Positions 14,191 through 26,680 of a stretch of 64,000 bases of DNA are shown here, one piece after another; position 1 is the first letter of the stretch, and each line of letters opens with the position of its first letter. The stretch is taken from positions 42,079,129-42,143,128 of the forward strand of contig JARDVH010000042.1 in assembly GCA_030324005.1 (NCBI GenBank). Reading direction: 5' to 3'. Below the pieces are notes generated by a model. It was given only the letters and a program-made list of their open reading frames with translations. It was not told the origin of the DNA and did no database searches. The position numbers and the translations under genes are program-made. The stretch is from Negaprion brevirostris. Its lineage: Eukaryota.

Positions 14191-14949
14191 ACACAGGGAA
14201 GCCAGAGCCAGGGCTACATAATTGTTAAAGGATTAAGGGGAGGTCAGGAAGGGCTAGGTCACAGACACCCTCACCTAAGGGGGGCTCCAGAAGAGGTCAG
14301 GAAGCCAATGGCCATGTAGTGGTAAACTATACAGTGGGATTAAGTGCTTTACCTTAGCTCACACTCCAGCAACCTCCAGACAGGTTTGAAAAGCAAAGAA
14401 AGCACCTCTCAACAATACATGAACACATCAGACCACAAGGTAAGAGGAGAGAAGGCTCTGGGGAATCTAGTGCATCTTATTCGGCCAACAATTGCTGTTG
14501 ACTTCAATGATTACAACCAGCAGGTTAACTTGGAAGTATTGAGAAGATATCCAAAGAAAGAGACTGAGGCATCCAGAGTCAAAAACTAGGAAGTGAAAAT
14601 TTTACCTCTGAGGACAGGTAGAGCTGAGAAAAATCAAAGATAGTTTCCAGAGGATTGTGCCACACTTATGGTTATTCCCTATACAAGTAAATCACCTTAA
14701 AATACTGTAACATATGAAAGAATTCTTGGGAGGAATGTAAGAAGTAAACCAAAGAATCTGGCATTTATGTGTAAGCTACAGTGTTAACTTAATCACAGTT
14801 GCTTTGTTTAATTTTTTCTACAAACAATAAAGTTTGTATCTTGTGAAATCTTGTGGCATGGTTCGGTTTGGAAAAACAGGGTGTTCAGATTTCCTTCTAA
14901 ATGTTCATGGTCCCTATTTGAATCGTAACAACATCAAGGCAACAGGAAA

Positions 14950-15650
14950 AGTGTGGCAGAACCATATGACCTTTCCTCAGGAAGCATCAAGCCCAGTCAA
15001 ACCCCTTTGCCTTGCTTGACCAATGTAAGAGAAAGCTCCCATTCCAAGATATTCAGGCAGAGACATCAACTCATGTGGTTTGCAACATAGCTAACTGAAA
15101 AGTCAAACATTTTTTAGTTGTGAACAACTTCTCACATTTCAGAGAAATAGCACAGTTGATGCACACCCTGTTACAGGATATTGTGGAACATCTGAAATCA
15201 ATATTTATGCATTATGGAATATCACAACAGGGAACTGATAAAACATCACAATTTTCATCTTTGAACCCTGACACATTTCTAAGTAGAATGAAACTGTTCT
15301 CATTATGGCTCGTCCCAGATAGTTGTTAAGTATTAGGGATGTGGATGGAGCAGTGCAGAATACAAATAGCTTGCTCAGCAATTCAGAAGATTCAAATTTT
15401 CGTCTTAAAATACCATGATACATCACTGACAAACGGATTCAATCCTACAGAACAATTCATGAGCAGTCAGTTGAGACCAATTCCACCATATTCCCAGCAA
15501 ACCTCAATTCCACATGGTCAAACTACAACCGTTTCAGAAAAAGAGAAGAAGCTTGTAATGGTACATCAAATGGGAGACTTCAATTCATGACATAAGGGTG
15601 ATGGAGCTTCGAAAGCTGAACATTTCCATTACAGACAGGGAGCAATGATA
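14950..15650 (+). pseudogene. Gypsy LTR-retrotransposon integrase relic
   Basis: Frameshifted peptides EHLKSIFMHYGISQQGTDKTSQFSS and YHDTSLTNGFNPTEQFMSSQLRPIPP resemble Gypsy integrase motifs (LKSIFARHGIP..SDNGPQF; YRSTP..GYSPAELLMGR.LRT.LP). Confidence 0.65.
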
Positions 15651-16611
15651 TGTGAACCATTCTTGCCTCAAGCATTTTATGCTAAAATGTCTAACAGGTT
15701 CAGTAAGCTGGAGTAAAACTCTTACACCCTTACCACACCTATTTGTAAAAAGATAAGGAAGATTACCAAGGTCACTAGATCATCGAAAATATCTGGGAAT
15801 GGAGCAACCCACACTGAATTAATGCAAGTGGTAACTTCCAAACTCTGGAATTTTATATCCTTCTGATCAGTGAATGTAATAATAATAATAATTAGAAATA
15901 GACCTCTATGAACTTTGGAAATTGCAAAAAAAGTTATGTCATGCTGACAGAAAATTAGGGAGGAAAATCAATGAATTTTTAAAAAAATATAAATTATTTT
16001 AACATGTGTTTCTCTCCAGATAAACAGGGATGTTTTGTTTTGCAGATATTGTGATACTTGTTCAGAAAAGAGCCGGGGGGGTATGTTTCACACTGCTATT
16101 TTGAAGAATGGGGCCAAAAGACGTCACCCACAATAGGCTCCACAGAGATTGGGACGGCTTTTTTAAAGGGCAAAAAATAACATTCTCCCCACCTCACCAT
16201 GAACACAACGNNNNNNNNNNNNNNNNNNNNNNNNNNNNNNNNNNNNNNNNNNNNNNNNNNNNNNNNNNNNNNNNNNNNNNNNNNNNNNNNNNNNNNNNNN
16301 NNNNNNNNNNATGAACACAACGGGGGCTAACCACCTGCCGCCACTGCCCTCAACCATTAATCCAAAATCAGGTCTATGTTGGGATAGGGGGGGAGGTGGG
16401 GTGGGGGGAATTCTCCACCCCCATTTTGAGTAGGCAGGAAAGAGAGTGGAGGAGGAGAATTGAAGGGAGTCCCAAAATGGATTTTATGCCAATTGGATTA
16501 CCCCACTCAATTGTCCCGGCCCCTGACAGTGACATAGCAGGGTTCCTATCATGCAATGATGAGAAATCAATTTGAATATATTTAAATATGATCACTGGGC
16601 CTCCTCACTGT

Positions 16612-16760
16612 AACAAAGAACAAAGAAAATTACAGCACAGGTACAGGCCCTTTGGCCCTCCAAGCCTTCACCAACCATGCTGCCCGACCGAACTAAAACC
16701 TTCTACCCTTCCGGGGACCATATCCCTCATGTATTGGTCCAGGTGCCTCTTAAAGGTCAT
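16612..16760 (-). mobile_element. CR1 3' end fragment
   Basis: AACAAAGAACAAAGAA tail then CAGCACAGGTACAGGCCCTTTGGCCC. Confidence 0.75.
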
Positions 16761-17510
16761 TATCATATAGCATCCCTCCACAATGGAACATCACCCCTAC
16801 AGTGTAACGTCATGTTGGCAAGATTTATAACAGGCTTTTAAAAACATAAAACTGGCAAACAGAGCCAGCCAGGGAACATTCAATGTAATGTCTTCTTATG
16901 TGGCTTGGTGTTTTATGCAAAGCACCTTGGGGCGTTTTAATGTACTCCATAAATATAACTTGATGTTATTACACATAGAAGTACCTGCAAGGCATTGAAA
17001 GCAAAAGAAAGCATGGATGCAGTCTCTCAAGCTTGGAATTCCCAAATCTCTGATCTGGTGGGACATCAATGAATGGGTACTTATTATTTCTCCTTATTTG
17101 TGGTTTACACCAAAGATGGTCACTTATTCCTTTTCAAGATAATTGGGACATATCCATTACTTCCTTTGTACAATGATAGAATTAGTTATTAGTTTCTGAA
17201 TAGGGAGTAACATAAATCTCTGACATAAACTTGGATACCAATCTGGAGCCTGATTTATCACCAAAGTCACACATTCTTGAGTCCCTGGATTAACTGTTTC
17301 TGGAGAGGTGCCATTCACAGTTGACTCCCGGCACTTATGAATTTTTCTTATTAAAAATAAAGTAATAAATGTTCATAAGCATGAAAGCCAGGCAAACATC
17401 TTCATTAATATATTAGATTCAATCAGTTTACTTCAGAAAGAACTATATTTTACTTCCAAAGGTATCATTTACCAAGCCAATCATCCTTTCCTGAATGTTG
17501 NNNNNNNNNN

Positions 17511-18750
17511 CGCTTGTCATCTGTGCAAATGCTGGTGGGACTCAAGATCCAGAAGTCGCAGTTCTTGCTAGTGGGAATGCAATTTTGGATCTTCCCTGTC
17601 CCTCACTGGTAACATTATCAGGTTCACGCCCATAAAAGTGTGAACCTGCTTTCCATAAATTTGAATGTAGTTAAATGTTATTAACCCACTCCCTCGCCAG
17701 ATATTGACCACCCTCCCACATGTTCATCCCATGTTGACATGACGTTATGTCAGCGCAGTTGCCAACAGGTTCACCTTGACATATACCTGTCATGGAGTCT
17801 CTTCTGAGGCCTGAGGTTAAGTATAGCCCGAGGGGGAGAAGGACATGACAAGGCTGTGATGGAGGTGGGGGCCGGCTCAGACTGTGGTGACGGAGTGATG
17901 GGGAAAGGTGGCAACAATGGGGTGGATGGGTTGGGGGAAGAAGAGGCTGATAATCAGGGGTGGGGGAGTGAAAGGAAGGGAAGTAATAATCGGGAAGGGG
18001 GCATTGNNNNNNNNNNNNNNNNNNNNNNNNNNNNNNNNNNNNNNNNNNNNNNNNNNNNNNNNNNNNNNNNNNNNNNNNNNNNNNNNNNNNNNNNNNNNNN
18101 NNNNNNNNNNNNNNNNNNNNNNNNNNNNNNNNNNNNNNNNNNNNNNNNNNNNNNNNNNNNNNNNNNNNNNNNNNNNNNNNNNNNNNNNNNNNNNNNNNNN
18201 NNNNNNNNNNNNNNNNNNNNNNNNNNNNNNNNNNNNNNNNNNNNNNNNNNNNNNNNNNNNNNNNNNNNNNNNNNNNNNNNNNNNNNNNNNNNNNNNNNNN
18301 NNNNNNNNNNNNNNNNNNNNNNNNNNNNNNNNNNNNNNNNNNNNNNNNNNNNNNNNNNNNNNNNNNNNNNNNNNNNNNNNNNNNNNNNNNNNNNNNNNNN
18401 NNNNGATTGCAGGAGTGAGGAGAAGGTGCTGATGATTGGGGGAAGTGCCAATGATTGGAGGGAAGATTTTGGGAGTCATGGGTGGCAGGAAGGTGGGAAG
18501 GTACCAATGATTGGGGTGGGGGTCAGGTACACATGATCTGGAGGTTAGTGGTGGAGAAGTGCCGCCTCTGATTGGGGGTGGAGAGGGGAGCCCCTTTGAC
18601 TTCCATGGTGGGCTGGGGCAGGGATGGGGGGGTTGTTTACTCAGGTTATGATTGGGCTGCCCTTTAAAGATGGCACCCTGATATCTGTGCAGCAGGCTTT
18701 GCTGACATGTTGAGGCCCCACACACTTTTATGACAGCATGAAACGTATCC
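17511..18750. mobile_element. Decayed non-autonomous DNA transposon with G-rich interior (spans an N gap)
   Basis: G-rich low-complexity core and GC-rich flanks like the other Harbinger-type derivatives; termini unclear. Confidence 0.35.
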
Positions 18751-19249
18751 CCTTGGTTTTTCTTTTGGCATAGTGTTGTAGAATCTGGAATAAGATATAT
18801 TGTTTTCCCACTGGAAACAACATTCTGCTAATTTTTAGTAAAATTAAGCCCATTATTATTAGGGATGTTAATTAATCACAATTAACTTTTGTGCTTTAAT
18901 GTGCTGATGTTCAAAACATTAACATTTTAATGTGTTATTCGTGGAAGATATACAAAGTGGTGGAAATGCACAGAGTACACATAGGGAGGAAAAAACAACA
19001 AATAAATCAGCTTTCATGAATGTTATAAATAACTGCCGCATATACGAGCAAAATGACAGCCAGGTCTGGTAACTATAAAGTAATGCCAACAACAACAACA
19101 TCAATTAAATATATGATTAAAACCCAGATTGACTAAAATGATGGCTACAAAACTTTCCTCTGTAGTGCAACTTGTTCTCGTACCATGGAAGGCCAGAACT
19201 CATAGAATGATGGTTCAGCTGCTTCTGGCTGCTTTAAGCGTGGCTTACA

Positions 19250-20110
19250 TGGTGCACCATGACTGAAAGGACTCTGTTGGGCATTACAATAAGTTTGAAA
19301 TTGATTCAGTTCAATCAGAGTGTCTTAAATCTAAACAAAGGAAACTGTGAGAGCATAAGGGGCAAATTGACTATGATTTATTGGGAAACTACATTAAAAG
19401 GTATGACGGTCGGCAGGCAAGGACAAACATTTAAAGAACTTAACATTGTTAACAACAAAAATACACTCCGTTAATGCACAAAAATATACAGAAAATATTT
19501 CCAACAGTAAGCGATGAGTTGGGGAAGGTAGGGGATGGGGTAGGGAATGAAATAGGGGATGAGGTAAATGAGGCAGGGAATGGGGGATGAGATAGGGGAT
19601 GAGGTAGGGACTGGGGTCGGGGATGTTGGGGATGAGGTAGGGAATGAGGATGTGTGTTCAGTGTTCAGTTTGAAGATCCTGTTCAAACTCAGTTCAGGGA
19701 CTGGCTCAGTATCCAGTCTTGAAGTTTGTTTTTTCTTTTCACTTCTGTCATGTTATTTTCTTACACTCTGTTCAGTAAAATAAATTCATTTTAAAATCCC
19801 ATACTAGGGCTGTCCCCTCATCTATTCAAAGGAATGAATGGACCCAACAGCTACTAAAATAAATCAAAGATTGTGGTAGATTATAGGAAGAGGCCTATAA
19901 AGTTGCCAAAACGTGGTAAGCCTGAGAATTTGGAGCATTATAGAATCCTGCAAAGGAGGACCAAGAAAAAGATTAAGAAAGGGAAAATAGAATAAAAAAG
20001 TAAACCAGCGAGTGGACAGTAAAAGCTTATAAAAGCATGCGAAAAGGAACAGATTAGCAAAAACAAATGTAGTTCCATTACAGGCAGAGACAAGAGAATT
20101 TTTAATGAGA
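19250..20110 (+). mobile_element. CR1 ORF2 fragment, interrupted at about 19470-19860
   Basis: LNLNKGNCESIRGKLTMIYWETTLKGMTVGRQGQTFKE matches the CR1 post-endonuclease region; similarity resumes at about 19860. Confidence 0.7.
19520..19650. repeat. (GGGGAT/GAGGTA) low-complexity repeat
   Basis: Degenerate 6-12 nt purine-rich units. Confidence 0.8.
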
Positions 20111-20226
20111 AACTATTTTGTGGATTTGTGGACAGTTTTAAAACTAATATGATGTTGATTGGGGAGGTTTAGCTCTGAGATTGGTAAAAATTGAGCAATT
20201 TAGAACTGGGTAAATTTAAAGATATC

Positions 20227-20362
20227 AGCTGGGATCTTACCACCATTCACGCCGGCAGAATTGTCCCATCCCGCTGCAATGAACAGAGATTCGGCTGGCT
20301 ATCAAATTCTCTGATTTTGCTGCAGCAGGAGCATAGCATGAAAAACAGGTAAGATCACACCC
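20227..20362. mobile_element. MITE (same family as 44169-44284, opposite orientation)
   Basis: TIRs AGCTGGGATCTTACC / GGTAAGATCACACCC; flanks ATC/ATT. Confidence 0.75.
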
Positions 20363-20416
20363 ATTGTGTGCAACCATTAATGTAGTTAACTATATTTCTA
20401 GTCCACTTTCTTGTTA

Positions 20417-20752
20417 AGAATCATTGAATCCCTACAGTGCAGAAGGAGGTCATTTGGCCTATTGACCCTGCACTGACAACAATGTCACCCAAGCACTTTC
20501 TCCATCACCCCACTTATTTTCCCCCGACACTAAGGGGTAATTTAGCATGGCCAATCAACCTAACCTGCACATCTTTGGTCGGTGGGAGGAAACCAACGGC
20601 ACTTGAAGGAAACCCACACAGACGGGGGAGAAAGTACAAACCCACACAGACAGGGGAGGATGTACAAACCCACACAGACAGTGACCCGAGGCTGGAATTG
20701 AACCTGCGTCCCTGGCACTGGGAGGCAGCAGTGCTAACCACTGTGCCTCCGT
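20417..20752 (-). mobile_element. HE1-type SINE, CR1 tail
   Basis: Full head, core and tail; internal tandem duplication of a 28-bp ACCCACACAGAC unit. Confidence 0.9.
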
Positions 20753-21294
20753 TGTGTGCTTTACTGTTTACTAAATATGTATTTTGTTCAGAATCATCAT
20801 AAAAACACTTGGGGCATCCTTCACTGACCTTCACATCCTTCTTCACATTCTACCAAATTGACTAATACAGTTGAGGACAGCCTTTCCAAGTTTCCCTTCT
20901 GGGATTAGGAATACCCTAGCATTTAACATCAGTTTGTGCTCTTAACAGATAATAAAGATGTTACTGTATCCATTTCCAACTTCCTTTATTAACATCTCAA
21001 CTGAACAAATAATGTCCAAAGTAATTGAAACAATCTCTTTCCAGTATGGTTACATTTTAAGAATAATGGTTGCACAATTATTCTATTATTTCCTCATTTG
21101 TGGAAGAAAAAAATTCAAAAACTTTTTTGAAAAATAAGTGACAATGCAATTTTGTACTTTAATTGTTATTTAATAATCACTACTGAAGAATATGGAATTA
21201 TTCTCTGCCTATACTAGTATTGGATGTATAGAAAGATGCAACAGCATGTTCATTTCAGAAACAAACAAATATATGATTTTTTGAAGAAGAAGTC

Positions 21295-21890
21295 TTCTAT
21301 GGGATGCAGGCGTTGTTGTCTGGGCCAGTGTGTATTGCCCATCCCTAATTATCCTTGAGAGTCAACCACATTGTTGTGGATCTGGAGCCTCATGTAAGCC
21401 AGATAAGAGAAGCACAGCAGATTTCCTTCTCTAAAGTACACTAGTGAACCAGATGTGTTTTTGTGACAATCAACGATGGTGTTTAGTTTTTATTCAATTC
21501 AAATTTCAACATCAGCACGGTAGCACTGTGATTAGCACTGCTGCTTCATTATGCCAGGGACCTGGGTTCGATTCCTGGCTTGCGTGACTGTCTGTGCAGG
21601 GTTTGTGCAGTCTCCCTATGTTTGTATGGTTTCCTCTGGGTGCTCTGGTTTCCTCCTACAGTCTGAAGGATGTGCTGGTTAGGTGCATTGACCCAAACAG
21701 GTGCCGAAGTGTGGTAGTTAGAGGAATTTCACAGTGACTTCATTGCAGTATTAATGAAAGCCTTACTTGTGACTAATAAATAAACTTTAACTTTTTAATA
21801 TCTGCCATGGTGGGATTTGAACCTGGGTCCCCAGAGCATTTCCTGGATCTCTGGATTACTAGTTCAGTGGCAAAACCGATATGCTATTTC
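21295..21890 (-). mobile_element. tRNA-derived SINE (non-HE1 family, L2-like tail) interrupted by an HE1 copy
   Basis: ATTGCCCATCCCTAATT tail region at left; GGGATTTGAACCTGGGTCCCCAGAGC..CTGGATTACTAG tRNA head at right. Confidence 0.7.
21513..21796 (+). mobile_element. HE1-head SINE, alternative tail
   Basis: HE1 head with GGTTCGATTCC; tail TTCACAGTGACTTCATTGCAG..GTGACTAATAAATAAACTTT. Confidence 0.85.
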
Positions 21891-21939
21891 ATCCCACTAA
21901 GAAGGTGAACAGAAATGCACGTTACTCATTTTAATGATC

Positions 21940-22512
21940 CAGTTGGTGATCTTTTATTCAATGAGAAAACTAGTTCTCAGTTAAGTGGTAAAATGCAGTG
22001 ACATGCAGTGTTGCAGTGCTAATTGTAGTGTATGTAGGATGCTGGCATCTACATCTGTATCAGCAACCCATAGGCTGTTTGGGATAGCAGATGTAACCTT
22101 GAGTTTTCAGTACAGAATTCAGTATTTTCAGATTTTGCATGCTTGTGAACATTGTGTTAACATCTGAATTTGAAGATGCTTTGCATTTAAAAACAGCATG
22201 GCCATTTGTGGTCACAATCTTTGCTTTCAGAAATATAGCATCCCTCCAATTGAGCTGCTAATTTGAATGCAGTAGCTATTTTTTGTCTGGAAATACAATG
22301 TATGTTTTCAGTGCTTATAAACCTTGGCACTTAAATGAGACTTAGCCTTAATAGTTCATTAACTTATTGATGTACAGTTGGTGATCTCATATTCAATGAG
22401 AAAACCAGTGCTGTGTTAAATGGTAAAATGCAGTGAAATGTAATGTTGCAGTGCTAATTGTAATGGATGCTGAATGCTGACAGTATAATTATATTCTACA
22501 TCTGTGTCAGCA
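21940..22512 (+). repeat. Diverged local direct duplication (21940-22065 / 22375-22512)
   Basis: CAGTTGGTGATCT..ATTCAATGAGAAAAC..TGGTAAAATGCAGTGA..TGTTGCAGTGCTAATTGTA..TCTACATCTGT present twice, starts 435 bp apart. Confidence 0.85.
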
Positions 22513-23817
22513 CATTCATAATATACATGTTATTCAAGACCAAAAATGTCGAATAATACATAGTACAATAAACGTAGGCATTGGCTTGCACAGTGAGGGT
22601 AGAAATATTAACGTAGCTGTGTTCTTTGAAGCATTTACCCTGGATCAGAATTTCAGTTATGTTATAAATGTACAAGCAAATAAATGTTTAAAATGTCAAT
22701 AGTTTAATGCAAAACCTGCCAATTGTAAAGTACCATTAGAATTGTTGCATTTAATTGCTGCATGAGCGTAAGAAACAGATAAATCCGTTTTGATTTCTGT
22801 CTATGTAGCAGAGTGATGTTGCACTTCAAGATGTGTGCTACCAACAGTGGTTTTAGCTAATTGATTTAGTTTGGATTTTGTATTACCTCTTCACAAATGT
22901 CAGGTTTGCATTTCTTTTTACATGGCTACCCCAGAAGGCGTCTAAGGCTATATAAATTCATTTTTGCCACCATATTGACCACTGAACCAATTCAGGAAAT
23001 GCTCCTTTGTGCCACGAGGTTTCAATGATTAAATAATGTTGTACATTTGGCAGCATTTCTCAAACATCATCTAATTACAAAGGTGGCAATAGGGCTCTTG
23101 TGTAAGTTTTAATTATCATTAAATAGATACTACATTCTGAAATCCCTTTTCTGAGTTTGTGTTCTTCAATTAGCCATCAAATTGTTGGTTAGTCAAGCAC
23201 ATAACCACATAACTGCCCAGAGTAGCAACTCCTGCAGACTTCAGAAGTGCTTTTCGAGTGAGTTATTACTCTGTTCCTTTTGTTGTGTTTCTTGATAGTA
23301 ACTTGATTTCTTACCTTGATTACTTTTCAGTTTTTCTTTGCTGCAATCTGACATTTGCTCATTTGGCTAATTGTTTCCATCATCAATCTATTTTCAGTTC
23401 TGTGTATTGGACCAATTCGCTTCTCCAGCCAATTAATTTCTTATGCAAGCTTGGGTTGCATGACTGAAGATCTTTATTGCGTCTGCATTTCTACATGATG
23501 TTTTCTTCACTTTTTTCTTACTGCTCCATTCTATGTCCACAGTATTGTTTTTAAGTGTGGGATTCTGCCTGCTTTAATAAAGCAAAGTTGTTATGTGTCC
23601 GCAACTTGGCTTGTTTGCACTTTTTGTGACTGAGTTCAAGATTATGGGTGATTTCAAGGGATAGATCCTATAAAGAGTGGGTGAATTATTCTGCCAATCT
23701 GACACCCAGGTGGTGAGGTTGAATATCTACCCAGTGTTACTGAGTTTTATGAATTATTCTTGACTGTGCAATGTTACACATCAACCAAATTGCACGGATA
23801 GATTGAATTATTTTAAT

Positions 23818-23960
23818 TCATAGAATCATAACAAATTATGGGACAGATGGAGGCCCTTCATCCCATCATGACTGTGTTAGCTGAGAAAGTGCTATTTAGT
23901 TTAGTCCTATGTTCCAGCTCTTGGACCGCGGCCTTGTAGGTTATGGAATATCAAATGTTT
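23818..23960 (-). mobile_element. Old CR1 3' end
   Basis: CATAGAATCATA tail plus GGAGGCCCTTCATCCCATC. Confidence 0.6.
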
Positions 23961-24479
23961 ATTGAAAACTGGTTGCCAATGTGTATTGGTGAACAAGTTG
24001 ATCCCTCTGATGGGTGGCTCAGACCATTAAAAAAGTGATGCTTCATTATAATTCCATGGGCAATCTGTGGGCACCCAACAGGTTTCTTGTTGCAGCTTGC
24101 AGGTTCCTGAATGTTATATTAGTGTGTTGCCTGAGGAAGTTGATCATGAAAGGAAGCTGTCTGGCACTGATCCATTCAACAACCTATTAAAGCTGCAACT
24201 GGCTCCATAGGCATCTGACTTGCATAGGTTAATGAGACTTCTGTCTAATTCTGGCTGAGACCTTGGCCACTCAGCAAAAAGGCCCCCCAAATACTGTACC
24301 ACAGTCAATGCCCCAAGTCATCCCACTGTGTCCATTGTGGTTCTGTCGCTACAAGACAAAGGAGCCTGGGCTTTCATCTTGGACATGGAAATCAGGTGGC
24401 AGTTCTAATCCTGCCACCTTTGCCAGTCCATCATGGAAAGATGCCATGGGGAGGAGAGGAGGTATAAGCATGATTGAGG

Positions 24480-25360
24480 AATAGATCAATGTGTCATGGA
24501 GCAAATGATTTTCTGGGCGGAACGGTTCCTTGGAGTGCTGAAAAGAGTGAGAGGAATGTATTTACTGACAGCAGAAACAGTGAAGGCTGGTCGAACATGG
24601 GGGCTGGTGGGGTGGAAGTTGGTGACAATGGAAATGCAATCGTGGTTCTCAGAGGGAAGGAAAGAGGTAAGAGCATGAGTGCAGGAAATGGAACAGACAT
24701 GGTCAAAGGCCCTGTCAACTACAGCAGAGGGAAATCCTTGGCTGAGCAAAAGCACTGGTGTGGAAGGTGGCATTATCAGAACAGACGTGAGAGATAGAGG
24801 AACTGAGAAACAGGAAGCAATTGGTAGGGTAGGCAGTCAATGTAGACCTGTTACTGGCTTATTCCCAAAAGTTGAATCAGAGAACTCAAGAAAGGGAACA
24901 GCCAGAAATCGACAATGAGAATTTGAGAGGAGTGGAAATTGGAAGCAAAATTGAAGACTTTTCTGAATTTGGGGAGAGAGCAGGAAATAGTACAGATGCA
25001 GTCATTAATGTACTGGAAAAAATAGATGAGAGAGAGAGAACCTGAGTAGAAGTATAACAAAAATAAACCTTCCTGAAGAGGCAGACGTAGCTAGGATCCA
25101 ATCATGTTCCCATAGCAACATCTTTTATTTGTATGAACAAATTGAATTGAAGGAAAAGTTGTTCAGCCAGGCAGAGAAGGGTGATGGTAAAGGATGGAGA
25201 CTATGTAGGTCTCCATTCAAGCAAAAAGTGGAAGCCTTCAGACATTTGGTGGGTGAGGGACATATGGAAGGATTGAACACCCTTGGTGAAAAGGAACCAG
25301 TTATTGCCAAGAAACTTGTTAATGTGACAGACGATGATCAGAAGAGCCAGGGAGTTAGTT
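24480..25360 (-). pseudogene. Penelope-like retroelement RT/linker relic
   Basis: Minus-strand peptides LNNFSFNS, MDPSYVCLF (MGPSYACLF), FQYINDC (YIDD), FASNFHSS, GFPSAVVDRA, TNFHPTS. Confidence 0.85.
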
Positions 25361-25469
25361 GATAATATATCATGGCCTCAACTCCAATTTCTTGTGCTGC
25401 CCACCCATTCCCCCAACCCTCCCCCCACCCCAACCGCTGCCACCACCACCACCACCGCCATCATAACTC

Positions 25470-25705
25470 TTGACTCCCTAGTCAATTTAACTCAGTCTTG
25501 AATGAATTCAATTCTGGGGAAGGGAATTCTACACACTAATGACCCTCTGAGAGAAAGGACAATCTCCTCATCTCCATCATAAAAGGAAAACCTTTTACTT
25601 TTAAACTGTGCCCTCTTCTTATTGTCAAAACATCCTGCTGGTATCCACCCTCCCCAGCCCTTCAAGATTATATGTTTCAATAAGATCATCAAGTTCTTCT
25701 AAATC
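25470..25705 (-). mobile_element. Old CR1 3' fragment (left half; continues at 30608)
   Basis: CTCTGAGAGAAAG..CTCCTCATCTC..TTATATGTTTCAATAAGATCA..TTCTTCTAAA. Confidence 0.65.
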
Positions 25706-25833
25706 TGGATGGCCATAAAACATTAGACAGGGGTCGTGGGTAGAGAGGTGGACTGGTGGCGTTGAGATGGCGGCGCGGGCTCGTTGGGCCGAAGGGCCTG
25801 TTTCTTGGGCTGATTTTGTTCTTTGCTCTGTTC
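25706..25833 (+). mobile_element. Young CR1 3' end (copy 1)
   Basis: CpG-intact GGCGCGGGCTCGTTGGGCCGAAGGGCCTGTTTC plus a TTGTTCT tail. Confidence 0.8.
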
Positions 25834-26372
25834 AAACTGAAAGTAAAACAACAGCCTGTGCAAGTATCCTAATGACATCTCCATCACATCAGCTCTTAAA
25901 GTAACTTACAACTCTTTTAAATATGCAACAAACTGTAACATACAGGATAGTGTATTTATCTATAAAGATTTATGCAATGAACCAAATGGATGCTATCAAT
26001 TGTAGATATTTGTATAATCCTACAGTAAATGGTCTCCAGGAAATGTTCATCTGGTGGGTGGGTTTGGAAAGGTTGGAGAGAAGCTGTAAAATATCTTGAT
26101 CTCTTTCTGGAGGAGCTTTGCTGATATGTACACTATACCCAAGGGCTCCGAGATGTTTTGTGTATCCCACAGGCAGCTGTACTAGGTGCAATGCTTGCAG
26201 TGAATGGCTGCTAAGAGCAGGAAACAAGATGGGCCAGCCCTGCATGCTTGCCTATCTTAAACTGCAGGCCAATATGTTCTCAGAAGGACCACTTGTCTTT
26301 TTGAGCAATGCCTCTATATAAACACTCATAAATCACTCATACAGCATTCTATCTCTAATGAATGGAACAGGG

Positions 26373-26680
26373 TCACAGCAGTTAGAACAGGGACCCAGGT
26401 TCAATTCCAGTTTGGGTCACTGCCTGTGCAAAGTTTCCACACTCTCTCATGTCCGCTTGGATTTTCTCCCACAGTCCAAAGATGTGCAGGTTAGGTGGAT
26501 TGGCTACGTTAAATTGCATATCAGTATCCAAAGATCAGTATAGATTAGAAGGATTAGCCATGGTAAATATGCAGAGTTATGTGGATAGTGCAGAGAGGAG
26601 GGTCTGGGTGGGATGCTCCTATGGAGAGTTAGTGCAGACTTGGTGGGCCAGATGGCCTCTTTCAGCACTGTAGGAATTTA
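26373..26680 (+). mobile_element. HE1-type SINE
   Basis: GGGACCCAGGTTCAATTCC head, TCCAAAGATGTGCAGGTTAGGTGGATTGGC core, CR1-type tail. Confidence 0.85.

Noticed and set aside
17671-18725. Long ORFs (165-282 aa) in the ORF track; also those at 59627-60380, 56785-57354 and 13655-14221
   Set aside because: Length comes from N runs and low-complexity sequence; no recognisable domains
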